From a virus: DNA of 64,000 nucleotides. The translations under genes and the position numbers were made by a program. The notes under the pieces are model-generated. The model ran no database searches. It was not told the origin of the DNA and saw only the letters and a list, made by a program, of their open reading frames with translations. The stretch lies in IMG/VR virus record IMGVR_UViG_3300008110_010375; one strand, written 5' to 3'. This document shows, piece by piece, positions 18,725 to 27,578 of the stretch (positions are counted from its first letter, which is position 1; the number at the start of each line of letters is the position of its first letter).

Positions 18725-19063
18725 ATGCCCGACTTCATTTCTACGCCCCTGATGGCGAAGCTATTATCAGGTCTCGGTGGTTTAATCGGTGGAGCAGCTT
18801 TCATGGCTTTCTACAAACCGAGGAACGTTTGGGACGCGGCCATACGCTCAGGATTAAGCGTGACATCGGCCATAGTGTTTTCTCCGATAATCATCGATCA
18901 CTATCAGATAACCGACACCATGAACAACCAGATCGCCCTATCGGTCGGCCTAGGTTTCGTCTCATGGAGCATACTGTCTCTAGTGGCTAGGTTCCTGATA
19001 AAGATTCAAGACGAGAAAGTCAACATCAAGCTCCCCAACTTTCTCGAGCAAAACAAACAGTAA
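18725..19063 (+). CDS. Putative holin / membrane protein
   Basis: Three hydrophobic segments and a charged C-terminus. Confidence 0.55.
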   Translation: MPDFISTPLMAKLLSGLGGLIGGAAFMAFYKPRNVWDAAIRSGLSVTSAIVFSPIIIDHYQITDTMNNQIALSVGLGFVSWSILSLVARFLIKIQDEKVNIKLPNFLEQNKQ

Positions 19064-19079
19064 AACAGGATTTTTTGTT

Positions 19080-20012
19080 ATGATGGAAGTGAATGAACTC
19101 AATAAGAACGCGAGGGGCGGCACGGAGCTGATGCAGGAGCGCCTGCACTCGACCCTGCCCAAGGACCTCCTCGACAAGTTTCAGATCATCCCGTCGCGGG
19201 TTCGCGAGATCGACCCAAGCAAGAAGGCGATCCTCTGGCTTCACGACCTACCAAACGATCCCGAGTCCCAGCACCTCAAAGACCCTGAGTCGCGAAAGCG
19301 ATTCTCAAAGATCGTCGCGGTCTCCAACTGGCAGATGCAGCTCTACAACCTGATCCTCGGCGTACCGTACGAGGAGTGCGTGGTCATCAGGAACGGCATC
19401 ACACCGATAGACATCGAGGAGAAAGAATTCGATGGCACTGTGCGGCTCATCTATCACACCACACCTCACCGAGGACTTGAGATCCTCGTACCAGTTTTTG
19501 AGAAGCTCTGCGAGCGGTATGACAACGTCGTACTGGACGTGTTCTCGAGCTTTAGCATATATGGTTGGAGCCAGCGCGATGCTCCCTATGAACACCTTTT
19601 TGAGCGCTGTCGAAATCACCCAAAGATTAACTACCATGGAGCCGTCCCTAATGAGCGCATTAGAGAGGAGCTCAAGCGATCTCACGTCTTCGCTTATCCA
19701 AGCATTTGGCCCGAAACATCCTGTATCGCTGCTATTGAGGCGATGAGCGCGAAGAACTTCGTCGTCGCCCCGAACTACGCCGCCCTGCCTGAGACGACCG
19801 GCGGCATCTCACCCCTGTATCAATGGAGCGAAACCCCGAACGACCACGCGAACAGGTTCTATCACGTGCTCGAAGCGGTAGTTGAGACCATCATACAAAA
19901 AGGCCCAGACGAGAACCGTCTGGGCTTTCAGAAAGCTTACGCGGACGCAACCTTCAACTGGGAAGACAACGTCTCAAAGCATTGGGAGCACCTGCTCAGG
20001 CAGCTTGCCTGA
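19080..20012 (+). CDS. GT-B (GT4-like) glycosyltransferase
   Basis: GGTE, WLHD, VSNWQ, TPHRGL, YPSIWPETSCIAAIEAM. Confidence 0.85.
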   Translation: MMEVNELNKNARGGTELMQERLHSTLPKDLLDKFQIIPSRVREIDPSKKAILWLHDLPNDPESQHLKDPESRKRFSKIVAVSNWQMQLYNLILGVPYEECVVIRNGITPIDIEEKEFDGTVRLIYHTTPHRGLEILVPVFEKLCERYDNVVLDVFSSFSIYGWSQRDAPYEHLFERCRNHPKINYHGAVPNERIREELKRSHVFAYPSIWPETSCIAAIEAMSAKNFVVAPNYAALPETTGGISPLYQWSETPNDHANRFYHVLEAVVETIIQKGPDENRLGFQKAYADATFNWEDNVSKHWEHLLRQLA

Positions 20013-20133
20013 GCCAGTACTTGTGGTACGACACCAGAGTGTCCACTATCTTAGGCTCAAGCGGACCGTTGCTTACGAGTCCCTCGACGTAGCGGTCGAG
20101 ATCTAGACTACGAGAGTCACAGAACTCGACCAC
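19996..20133 (-). CDS. Small hypothetical protein not in the ORF track
   Basis: GTG start after gagagg; VVEFCDSRSLDLDRYVEG...YWLRQAA*; phage-like codons. Confidence 0.4.
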   Translation of the reverse strand: MVEFCDSRSLDLDRYVEGLVSNGPLEPKIVDTLVSYHKYWLRQAA

Positions 20134-20157
20134 CAGCGATCCGAGCCTCTCGGGGAT

Positions 20158-20640
20158 TCAGCCAACCAAGTTGGCGGCGCGCTTAGCGGCAACCGACTTG
20201 ATGACTTCAAGGTTCTTAGCCTTGATCGCCTGAATGCGGGCGGCGGCCGCCTTGACGTCGGCAGAAGCTTGAACCTTGCGCTCAGCCTTGGGCTTAGCGA
20301 CCTTGTCGGCCTTGGCCTTAGCCATCGGAGCGACCGAAGTCACCGCACCGAAGACGCTACGGAAGTCAGCAGGCGAAGCCTCGAAGACGGTGTACGACTT
20401 GTTGCGCTTAGCGAGCTGGAGGCTAAGCTTGTCGAAGATCGTGGATACGATAGCTTCGTGCATTTTAGCCGAAGCGCCTGAGCCTACGATAACGCGACCA
20501 GACTTGTAGTTGAACTCGATCTTGCCCCAGTTCTGGGTCTTGATGAAGAGGACTGAGTTGCCCTGCTTCTGGATGTCACCGAGGTCCGAGTTGGACTTGA
20601 TGAAAGCTGTTGTGTCGAAAGTCACTTTTGAATTAGCCAT
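20158..20640 (-). CDS. Early hypothetical protein with Ala/Lys-rich tail
   Basis: RBS aaggag; own sigma70 promoter. Confidence 0.7.
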   Translation of the reverse strand: MANSKVTFDTTAFIKSNSDLGDIQKQGNSVLFIKTQNWGKIEFNYKSGRVIVGSGASAKMHEAIVSTIFDKLSLQLAKRNKSYTVFEASPADFRSVFGAVTSVAPMAKAKADKVAKPKAERKVQASADVKAAAARIQAIKAKNLEVIKSVAAKRAANLVG

Positions 20641-20670
20641 GATAAACTCCTTTGATTGGCTTACTTTTAG

Positions 20671-20699
20671 ATACTATAACAACCAGAAAAAATTGTCAA
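20671..20699 (-). promoter_or_regulatory. Sigma70-type early promoter
   Basis: TTGACA-N17-TAGTAT on the minus strand. Confidence 0.75.
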
Positions 20700-20914
20700 C
20701 CATTTTTTTCTAGCAATTTTAAGATATGCTGGAACTCAGATACAGTCTCGCGATAGATCGCGGCCTGCAGCTGGTCCACGTCGACCTGTCCCGAGGATAC
20801 CCCCGGATACTGATCGATCATTTGTTCGAGCGTCTTGATGCGCCCTTGGTAGGTCCCGATCCGGTCCATCAGGAACAGTTTCGGGTCGTTTCTTATAAAG
20901 TCCGTAGGTGTCAT
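20696..20914 (-). CDS. Early hypothetical protein
   Basis: 72 aa, downstream of the leftward promoter. Confidence 0.6.
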   Translation of the reverse strand: MTPTDFIRNDPKLFLMDRIGTYQGRIKTLEQMIDQYPGVSSGQVDVDQLQAAIYRETVSEFQHILKLLEKNG

Positions 20915-20926
20915 ATTTCTGTTTCC

Positions 20927-21176
20927 ATTGCCATTATCTAGATCTTATACCGGTCTGGGGAAAATGTCAACCAGAAAGTGCACTTTTTTCAAAAAAAAAA
21001 TTAGTCAATAGAATCAATGGGTTATGCCGCGGCCGGAAAAAACCCTTATATTTCAATGGGTTAGTCCGAAGCCCAGAAAAACCCTTATATCTCAATGGCT
21101 TAATTTTTTTTCAAAAAAATGCATTTTTCTGGTTGACATTTCCCTAGAACTGTTATAAGATCTAGATAATGGCAAT
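20927..21176. repeat. Inverted repeat carrying divergent early promoters and enclosing three direct repeats
   Basis: attgccattatctagatcttata (20927-20949) / tataagatctagataatggcaat (21154-21176); TTGACA-N17-TAAGAT on both strands; caatgg cores at 21015, 21054, 21093. Confidence 0.9.
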
Positions 21177-21387
21177 AGGGAATAAAGACATGAACGAATA
21201 CGTATCGAGCTTCGTAGAAGCAATCCTTGAGAACGACACGAATCAAGAACTCAACGCGGTCGTCGTGGCCACGATAGTTGAGAAGCACCACGTAGGCAAC
21301 GGGTACTTCTCGTTTGACGGGATCCTTGACGACCTCACGGACATCTTGGGCTACGAGCCCGCGAGTGAAATTCTTGGAAATTGCTGA
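21169..21387 (+). CDS. Early hypothetical protein (alternative start 21190)
   Basis: Directly downstream of the rightward promoter. Confidence 0.55.
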   Translation: MAIGNKDMNEYVSSFVEAILENDTNQELNAVVVATIVEKHHVGNGYFSFDGILDDLTDILGYEPASEILGNC

Positions 21388-21396
21388 AAATAACGG

Positions 21397-21443
21397 TTGA
21401 CATTTCTTTGAAAATAATATAAGATCTAGATAATGGCAATAGG
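21397..21443 (+). promoter_or_regulatory. Third copy of the early promoter cassette
   Basis: TTGACA-N17-TAAGAT followed by ctagataatggcaatagg. Confidence 0.8.
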
Positions 21444-21702
21444 AAATCAGTCAATGACTTATGATCAAGAAATTCAAATGTTCGGTATGACCAAAGAACA
21501 GATCAAGAAGGAGTACATCCAAAGCTGGATGTCGTACCACACGGGTATCGAGATGCAGGTCATCTCCATCCTCTCGGACGCCCAACACCTCATGGAATTT
21601 GGTCAAGACGATCGCGCGCGTAAGCTCATGAACGTAGCAAAATACATCCTCTCAGAACAACTCGACAGCAAAATCAGCAAAATGCAGAAGAAGGTAGCTT
21701 AA
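21433..21702 (+). CDS. Early hypothetical protein
   Basis: 89 aa after the promoter copy. Confidence 0.6.
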   Translation: MAIGNQSMTYDQEIQMFGMTKEQIKKEYIQSWMSYHTGIEMQVISILSDAQHLMEFGQDDRARKLMNVAKYILSEQLDSKISKMQKKVA

Positions 21703-21703
21703 T

Positions 21704-21904
21704 ATGAAGAACTTAGAATTAGCTGAAGCGATGCGCCATGGACTATTCGCCGAGCGCGCGAACGTAAAGCAGGCGTGGAACGAAGTCTTCGAGATGATCG
21801 AGCGCCTTCCATGGGCTCATCAAGCGGGAGCCACCACTTCGATTATGGTGCTCATGAATACGATCTCTAAACAGATCATTGAAAACGAAAAGAAAGCTAA
21901 CTAA
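21704..21904 (+). CDS. Early hypothetical protein
   Basis: 66 aa, tight packing. Confidence 0.55.
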   Translation: MKNLELAEAMRHGLFAERANVKQAWNEVFEMIERLPWAHQAGATTSIMVLMNTISKQIIENEKKAN

Positions 21905-21905
21905 T

Positions 21906-22043
21906 ATGAATACGTACACCTTCACAAGCAAGAGCCGCAGCTACATTGTTAAGCGACTCGACTCACTTCGCGCCAGCGGCTGGAAAGTCAAAGCCCAGCA
22001 CGCTCATCCAGACGGTGGCATCACGACGACTCTGGTGAGGTAA
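21906..22043 (+). CDS. Small hypothetical protein (45 aa, not in ORF track)
   Basis: MNTYTFTSKSRSYIVKRLDSLRASGWKV...TLVR* fills the gap between neighbours. Confidence 0.5.
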   Translation: MNTYTFTSKSRSYIVKRLDSLRASGWKVKAQHAHPDGGITTTLVR

Positions 22044-22045
22044 TC

Positions 22046-22285
22046 ATGGAGCTCAGCTACGAACTGACACTCAAGAACGGTAAGAGGGTAGGCGTCTGGG
22101 ACGAGCGCGCCAGCGGAGGAATGATCGACAAGTACGTCGGTCCGTTCGCGGACACCGTAGAAGCCAACGACTACGCCAACGCCTTCACGGAAGCGTACGG
22201 CATGGGATACAACGGACGAGCCCGCCTTACAGTCATGAACGACGCAGTCTACGTTGCATGCACCCGCTGGACATCTTGCGATTGA
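22046..22285 (+). CDS. Early hypothetical protein
   Basis: RBS gagg; 79 aa. Confidence 0.55.
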   Translation: MELSYELTLKNGKRVGVWDERASGGMIDKYVGPFADTVEANDYANAFTEAYGMGYNGRARLTVMNDAVYVACTRWTSCD

Positions 22286-22310
22286 CAAATAAATCAAACT
22301 ATGGTAGTAT
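22282..22310 (+). promoter_or_regulatory. Sigma70-type promoter
   Basis: TTGACA-N17-TAGTAT. Confidence 0.7.
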
Positions 22311-22315
22311 CGACT

Positions 22316-22522
22316 ATGAAGATCAGGTTAGAATACTTCCCGCCGCTTAGGGACGTCTACGGCTCATTCGATGATCGCGATTGGGAAGTCACGGCGGCGG
22401 TTTCATACTACGGCAGGCTGGATGAAGACGTCATCCCATCGTCTTCGTTCCAGATCTACTGGCCCCTGAACCCTTGGGATGAACTTGAAAAAGTGGAAAA
22501 GAAATGGCTAAGTCGCTCCTGA
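22316..22522 (+). CDS. Hypothetical protein (possibly leaderless)
   Basis: ATG begins 6 nt after the -10 box. Confidence 0.45.
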   Translation: MKIRLEYFPPLRDVYGSFDDRDWEVTAAVSYYGRLDEDVIPSSSFQIYWPLNPWDELEKVEKKWLSRS

Positions 22523-23604
22523 AAGTACGTAAGATCAAGAAGCCTAAGACCACCAAGTCCGAGACGTATCTCGTCAACTTGAAGTACTTAGGCGACGAGC
22601 CCGACTCAACCAAGCTGTCGACGCAGGCGGACTGGGCGAAAGCGTTCAACTGGTACCACAGCATGTGTACCCGCGAGGACGCCCGTCAGTACCTCAAGGA
22701 CTACTTCGCCAGCGACAAGTCGATGCTGAAGAAGATCACCAAGATCCCCGACGCTCACATGCCGTACACGGCCGCTTGGCAGTGTCGCATCTGGAAGCGC
22801 ATCGGTAAACCTATCGACGGTGAGTCGCTCGAGCGCGTACACCGCTGGATCGATGAGGCTTCGTCGTTCGCCCGCGAGGAGAAGCCTAAGGAAGATAAGC
22901 CCGAGCGGCCGACGATCCAAGACCGTATGAAGGAGAAGATCTCCGAGCTCATCGGCGACATCGAGGTGCTGTACGACGCGGACATGCCCGTCGACCTGTA
23001 CTCGTATCTCCAGAAGAAGGAGATCCCCGCGATGTACACCGGCAGGATCGTTGAGTACTACAAGCCGATCCTCGAGGAGATGCAGCTCGCCGCGGCCGGC
23101 GAGATCGAGGGCTATGAGTCGTACACCAAGAAGTGGCTCCGCGACCGAGTGGCCATGCTTGAGAAGATGATCGACGACGCCAAGCGCTACGGCGGCAACG
23201 TCAAGAAAGCCCGCGCACCCCGTAAGAAGAAAGCACCCACGGCTGAGAAGCTCCTGAAGCACTTCGTATATCAGAAAGAAAGCAATGAGTATAAACTACA
23301 ATCGTGTGACCCCGCAAAGATTATCGGCGCTCAAGAACTTTGGACCTTTAACACTAAGTATAAAACTCTTAGCGTGTTTAGGGCTCGCGGCCCTGCTGGT
23401 CTCAGTGTACGGCGCACTACTATTGATGGTTTTGATAGCGATTCTTCCGTGACGAAGACCCTGCGCAAGCCCGACGAGGTCTTGAAGAAGGTGCTGACCG
23501 GCGGTAAGCTGGTGCTCCGTAAGCTCATGGATGAGCTCAAGACCAAGCCCATGAAGCTGGCCGAGCGCATCAACGAGAACGTGATCCTCGTCAAGGTTTC
23601 ATGA
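22504..23604 (+). CDS. Conserved T4-like hypothetical protein
   Basis: AFNWY, RPTIQDRM, PAKIIGAQELWTFNTK, KTLRKP, RINEN motifs. Confidence 0.7.
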   Translation: MAKSLLKVRKIKKPKTTKSETYLVNLKYLGDEPDSTKLSTQADWAKAFNWYHSMCTREDARQYLKDYFASDKSMLKKITKIPDAHMPYTAAWQCRIWKRIGKPIDGESLERVHRWIDEASSFAREEKPKEDKPERPTIQDRMKEKISELIGDIEVLYDADMPVDLYSYLQKKEIPAMYTGRIVEYYKPILEEMQLAAAGEIEGYESYTKKWLRDRVAMLEKMIDDAKRYGGNVKKARAPRKKKAPTAEKLLKHFVYQKESNEYKLQSCDPAKIIGAQELWTFNTKYKTLSVFRARGPAGLSVRRTTIDGFDSDSSVTKTLRKPDEVLKKVLTGGKLVLRKLMDELKTKPMKLAERINENVILVKVS

Positions 23605-23619
23605 TCGCCTCGGGCAGCC

Positions 23620-23627
23620 TATAAATA
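23620..23627 (+). promoter_or_regulatory. T4-type late promoter TATAAATA
   Basis: Exact consensus in an intergenic gap. Confidence 0.6.
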
Positions 23628-23653
23628 ACTTATAGGTAGCCAGAGAAAGCGCT

Positions 23654-23998
23654 ATGACAAACATCATTCAATTCCCAAAAAACAACTCAAACCCGTTCGG
23701 TCTTGAGCAGAACTCCCCCGATCTCTTGGTTGAGGTGCGGAAGGAGTTCTGCGACGAAGTCGTATCCGACGCGCTTGACGCGATCGTGGCGGTCTTCGCG
23801 AGCTACGGTATAGTATCCAAGGGCGACGTCTCATCCATCAAGGACATCGTCTTTCTCGAAGAGTCCCTCAAAGCTTTGACGTATCGTCATAAGAATCTAG
23901 AACACAGCCTTCATGAGATCATCGATCACACGATCACCATCTCCCCTGAGCTGGAGAAGCAGATCGAAGAAAAGTACACACAAAAAGATTTGACATAA
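23654..23998 (+). CDS. Hypothetical protein (NIIQFP N-terminus)
   Basis: 114 aa. Confidence 0.6.
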   Translation: MTNIIQFPKNNSNPFGLEQNSPDLLVEVRKEFCDEVVSDALDAIVAVFASYGIVSKGDVSSIKDIVFLEESLKALTYRHKNLEHSLHEIIDHTITISPELEKQIEEKYTQKDLT

Positions 23999-24018
23999 CC
24001 TACACGCCGTTATATAAT
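23990..24018 (+). promoter_or_regulatory. Sigma70-type promoter for rnh
   Basis: TTGACA-N17-TATAAT, perfect consensus. Confidence 0.85.
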
Positions 24019-24050
24019 CTTATATAGTATAAATTTGATGGAAACATATC

Positions 24051-24896
24051 ATGATCATCGTCGACTTTCACCAAGTCATGATCGCCAACCTGATGACTCA
24101 GCTTGGTAATCACACCAACACACCCATCGAGGAAAGCCTATTCAGGCACATGGTCCTCAACTCACTCCGCTCGTTTCGACAGAAGTTCAAGGAATACGGC
24201 GAGATCGTAATCGCATGCGACGACAAGAACTTCTGGCGCAAGCAGGTCTTTCCCTACTACAAGGCGAATCGCAAGAAGGCCCGCGACAAGTCTGAGATCG
24301 ATTGGAATACGATCTTTGAGTACTTCGGTAAGATCAAAGCTGAGATCCGCGAGCACTTCCCGTATCGCATGGTGCAGGTCGATACCGCTGAGGCCGACGA
24401 CATCATCGCCACTCTCGTCTATCGCTTTCAAGTCGATGAGAAGATCCTCATCCTCTCAGGAGACAAAGACTTCATACAGCTTCACATGTTGGCGAACGTC
24501 AAGCAGTACGATCCGGTTCGCAAGAAGTTCATCACACACAACGACCCGTTCATGTTTCGCTTTGAGCACATCATGAAGGGCGACGCCGGCGACGGCGTTC
24601 CAAACGTCTTGTCCGACGACGACACCTTCGTCACCGACAAGCGCCAGCGCCCTATGACACAGAAGCGCATCGATGAAGCATATGACTCTTACGTGGGAAC
24701 AATGGTCGACGCCTCGATCGATCGCAACTTCCAGCGAAACAGGCAGCTCATCGACTTGACCTGCATTCCGTCAAATATCGCCGATGCTATCAACGCCGCA
24801 TACGACGCCGAAGCGGGCAAAGACCGCAGCAAGATGTTCAACTACTTTATATCATACAAGCTCAAGGGTATGATGGATTCAATCGGAGACTTTTAA
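24051..24896 (+). CDS. rnh: T4-type RNase H (5'-3' exonuclease)
   Basis: FPYYKANR, EADDII, SGDKDFIQL, GDAGDGVPN, RNRQLIDL. Confidence 0.92.
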   Translation: MIIVDFHQVMIANLMTQLGNHTNTPIEESLFRHMVLNSLRSFRQKFKEYGEIVIACDDKNFWRKQVFPYYKANRKKARDKSEIDWNTIFEYFGKIKAEIREHFPYRMVQVDTAEADDIIATLVYRFQVDEKILILSGDKDFIQLHMLANVKQYDPVRKKFITHNDPFMFRFEHIMKGDAGDGVPNVLSDDDTFVTDKRQRPMTQKRIDEAYDSYVGTMVDASIDRNFQRNRQLIDLTCIPSNIADAINAAYDAEAGKDRSKMFNYFISYKLKGMMDSIGDF

Positions 24897-24897
24897 C

Positions 24898-25314
24898 ATG
24901 GCAAGGATGAGCGTATCTGAGATCCTCAAGAAGTGCAGTGAGTTCAAGAAGAAGGAGGAGCGCGTCGAGGCGCTGCGCGTCAACTGCAACGAAGCGTGCA
25001 AGATCGTGCTACAGTACATGTTTCACCCCGACGTGAAGTTCGCCCTTCCCGAGGGTAAGCCTCCCTTCAGGTACTCGCAGTTCGATGAGCAGAACATGCT
25101 TCACAGCGAGGCGCGCCGACTCTACCTCTTTCTCGAGGGAGTCAATCCAGAGATGAAGCCGCTGAAGCGCGAGACCCTGTTCCTCGAGATCCTTCAGTCG
25201 GTCGCTCCCGACGACGCCGACCTGTTGCTCGCGATGAAGGACAAAAAGAGTCCATACAAGGGACTCACTCAAGACGTGGTCGTCGCGGCGTTTCCGGAGC
25301 TCTTCCCCAAATGA
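24898..25314 (+). CDS. Conserved T4-like hypothetical protein
   Basis: LPEGKPP, EARRLYLF, KRETLF, KDKK. Confidence 0.7.
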   Translation: MARMSVSEILKKCSEFKKKEERVEALRVNCNEACKIVLQYMFHPDVKFALPEGKPPFRYSQFDEQNMLHSEARRLYLFLEGVNPEMKPLKRETLFLEILQSVAPDDADLLLAMKDKKSPYKGLTQDVVVAAFPELFPK

Positions 25315-25499
25315 ATCGCTATGGTAACCTTAAAAAGTTATCTGATAAGGGCAAGAAGATCGATGTTCGTCTCTACGAGGAGGCCCCGTCTTCTTTCAAA
25401 GAACTAAAGCGCGAAAGATACGATAAGCTTCGCAAGAACTACGACAACGCCCTTAGGTCGAAGAACCTAGATCGCCTGCTCTCATACGACGAGGAATAG
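25311..25499 (+). CDS. Hypothetical protein
   Basis: 62 aa, ATGA coupling. Confidence 0.5.
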   Translation: MNRYGNLKKLSDKGKKIDVRLYEEAPSSFKELKRERYDKLRKNYDNALRSKNLDRLLSYDEE

Positions 25500-25685
25500 A
25501 TGGAAAACTTCTACTTTGCCGTGGGATATACCCTGCTGTTAGTATTCGTGGCGTCCTACTACTACTTTCACGGTAAAAAGACCGGAATCGAGGAGGCCTG
25601 CATGGTGTTTCATGAGAAGGAGCCCGTAGCCTACAAGAGGATGAAGTCCACGCTTCAACAGGAGATGGGAATTGCAGACGAGTAA
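25500..25685 (+). CDS. Small membrane protein
   Basis: N-terminal TM segment; RBS gagga. Confidence 0.55.
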   Translation: MENFYFAVGYTLLLVFVASYYYFHGKKTGIEEACMVFHEKEPVAYKRMKSTLQQEMGIADE

Positions 25686-25845
25686 CACCGACGTACGGTT
25701 CATAGACGAAGTCTATAAGCCGGAAAAAGAAAATAAAATTATTTTGCCTGAGTATGTGGTCAAAGATATGGTCGCTCAGGGATTGAATCCGTTAAATAAG
25801 GATGACATCCAGTCTTACTGGTTGTCCAAAGGCATAAGCGAATAA
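25672..25845 (+). CDS. Small hypothetical protein (TTG start, not in ORF track)
   Basis: QTSNTDVRF...DMVAQGLNPLNKDDIQSYW...* fills the gap. Confidence 0.45.
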   Translation: MQTSNTDVRFIDEVYKPEKENKIILPEYVVKDMVAQGLNPLNKDDIQSYWLSKGISE

Positions 25846-25849
25846 CTGT

Positions 25850-26089
25850 ATGGCAAACTATACTTTCTTAGACACCAAGACAGACAAAGAGTTCGACATT
25901 GACATGCCTATATCTGAGCTTGACGACTACAAAGCTCGCAATCCCCACCTAGAACAGATCATCTCCCGTGCACCCGCGCTCGCGGACCCATCCCGATTAG
26001 GCATAAGAAAGCCTGATGCGGGTTTTCGTGATGTTCTAAAGAGGATCAAGAAGGCTAGTGGGAGGAGTAACAAGATCAACACTTGGTAG
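25850..26089 (+). CDS. FmdB-like conserved phage protein
   Basis: MANYTF...NPHLEQ...KPDAGFRDVLKRIK. Confidence 0.65.
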   Translation: MANYTFLDTKTDKEFDIDMPISELDDYKARNPHLEQIISRAPALADPSRLGIRKPDAGFRDVLKRIKKASGRSNKINTW

Positions 26090-26100
26090 AAGGGTACCGC

Positions 26101-26889
26101 ATGGATAAGCTATCTCGCGCTGAAAAAAGACTACAAAAAGCACAGAGGCGACAGGAGCAGCAGGAAAGAAAGAACCACCTAGAGTTAAAAAGCGTAACAC
26201 CTAAGACGGTAAACCAAGAAAACATATTCAGAGAGTTCTGCAACGGCAAGAACTTACTCATCCATGGACTTCCCGGAACGGGCAAATCGTTCCTATCAGT
26301 GTATCTCGCGCTCAATGAATTGACGCGCTACAGAGACTTCAAGAAGATTGTAATAGTCAGGTCGGTCGTGCCGTCGCGCGACATGGGATTCCTTCCCGGA
26401 TCTGTGAAAGAAAAAGCGGCGGTCTACGAAGCACCCTACCAATCTATAGTTCAGGAGCTCTACGGTCGAGGCGACGCGTATGAGATGCTCAAGGCGAAGG
26501 GTGTCATCGAGTTCACCACATCGTCGTTCCTTCGCGGAGTCACCATCGACAACGCGATCGTCATCGTCGACGAGTGTCAGAACATGACGTATCACGAGCT
26601 TTGCACCATCGTCACCCGCATGGGCAAGCACTCGAAGATCGTGTTCTGCGGAGACTACAAGCAGTCCGACCTCAAGTACGACGACGAGAGGGTAGGCATA
26701 GTGCACTTCATGAAGATCATCGCGTCGATGAAGCGATACTTCACAACAATCGAAATGGAAGCCGATGACATCGTCAGGTCCGGGCTCGTTAAAGAGTTCA
26801 TCATTCGAAGAGATGCGTACGAGAACCCAAGGGTCGTTGTCGTTCCATCCGCTTACTCGGATTCTCGAGAACCGAAAGTCGTTCACTAA
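26101..26889 (+). CDS. phoH: PhoH-like ATPase
   Basis: GLPGTGKS, MGFLPG, FLRGVT, VDECQN, TRMG, GDYKQSD, DIVRSGLVK. Confidence 0.93.
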   Translation: MDKLSRAEKRLQKAQRRQEQQERKNHLELKSVTPKTVNQENIFREFCNGKNLLIHGLPGTGKSFLSVYLALNELTRYRDFKKIVIVRSVVPSRDMGFLPGSVKEKAAVYEAPYQSIVQELYGRGDAYEMLKAKGVIEFTTSSFLRGVTIDNAIVIVDECQNMTYHELCTIVTRMGKHSKIVFCGDYKQSDLKYDDERVGIVHFMKIIASMKRYFTTIEMEADDIVRSGLVKEFIIRRDAYENPRVVVVPSAYSDSREPKVVH

Positions 26890-27547
26890 GACTTCTCTCG
26901 AGCTCCTCGCGGTCGAGCTCGAGCAGGTCAACACCGAGGCCGGCAGGTTCTATAAGACTCCCGCCGGCCTCCTCTACCCATCCGTCACGACCGTGACCGG
27001 ACTCCTCGGCCGCGCGAGCATACAGGCTTGGCGCAAGAAGGTCGGTGAGGAGAAGGCGAACGAGATCTCGCAGCAGGCGGCCAATCGCGGTACGCGCATC
27101 CATCAGTTGGCTGAAGACTACATCAACGGCGACGAGATCGACGTCAGCAAGTATACACACTACGACGCCGAGATGTTTGAAGACCTCAAGCAGGTGCTCG
27201 ATGAATCAGTCGACAACGTCTTCATGCAGGAGACGCGGATGTACTCAGACTACGTCCGCATGGCGGGCACCGTCGACATGGTCGCGGAGTTCGAGGGCAA
27301 GCGATGCGTGGTCGACTTCAAGACTTCAAGGAAGCTGAAGCGTTCGGAGGACATCCTCAACTACTACTGCCAAGCGACCGCGTACGCGATCATGTTCGAG
27401 GAGATGACGGGCGTTCCGGTCTCTAGGTTCGCCATCATCATAGCCGTCGACGGCGAGGGAATCCAGATCTTTCGCGGAAAGAGGGACGACTACGTAGACA
27501 CCCTGATGATGCTCAGGAAGCAGTACGACGACGAAAATGGCTATTGA
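26813..27547 (+). CDS. PD-(D/E)xK exonuclease
   Basis: YPSVTTV, WRKKVGEE, RGTRIH, AGTVD, VDFKTS, QATAYA; start position uncertain. Confidence 0.85.
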   Translation: MRTRTQGSLSFHPLTRILENRKSFTKTSLELLAVELEQVNTEAGRFYKTPAGLLYPSVTTVTGLLGRASIQAWRKKVGEEKANEISQQAANRGTRIHQLAEDYINGDEIDVSKYTHYDAEMFEDLKQVLDESVDNVFMQETRMYSDYVRMAGTVDMVAEFEGKRCVVDFKTSRKLKRSEDILNYYCQATAYAIMFEEMTGVPVSRFAIIIAVDGEGIQIFRGKRDDYVDTLMMLRKQYDDENGY

Positions 27548-27574
27548 CAAATTATTCTACATGTGGTATAAATA
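27544..27574 (+). promoter_or_regulatory. Composite sigma70 and late promoter for tmRNA
   Basis: TTGACA-N17-TATAAA with overlapping TATAAATA (27567-27574). Confidence 0.75.
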
Positions 27575-27578
27575 ATAA

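Noticed and set aside
18664-18990. 108-aa ORF overlapping the holin-like gene
   Set aside because: TTG start lies within a TTGACA box and it is an alternate frame of a better-supported membrane-protein gene
20908-21291. ORFs 20908-21147 (+) and 21100-21291 (-) sharing CHYLDLI
   Set aside because: Mirror translations of the non-coding inverted promoter repeat
26813-27547. Cas4-like nuclease as evidence for a CRISPR system
   Set aside because: Matches the ordinary T4-like exonuclease found beside phoH; no array or other cas genes
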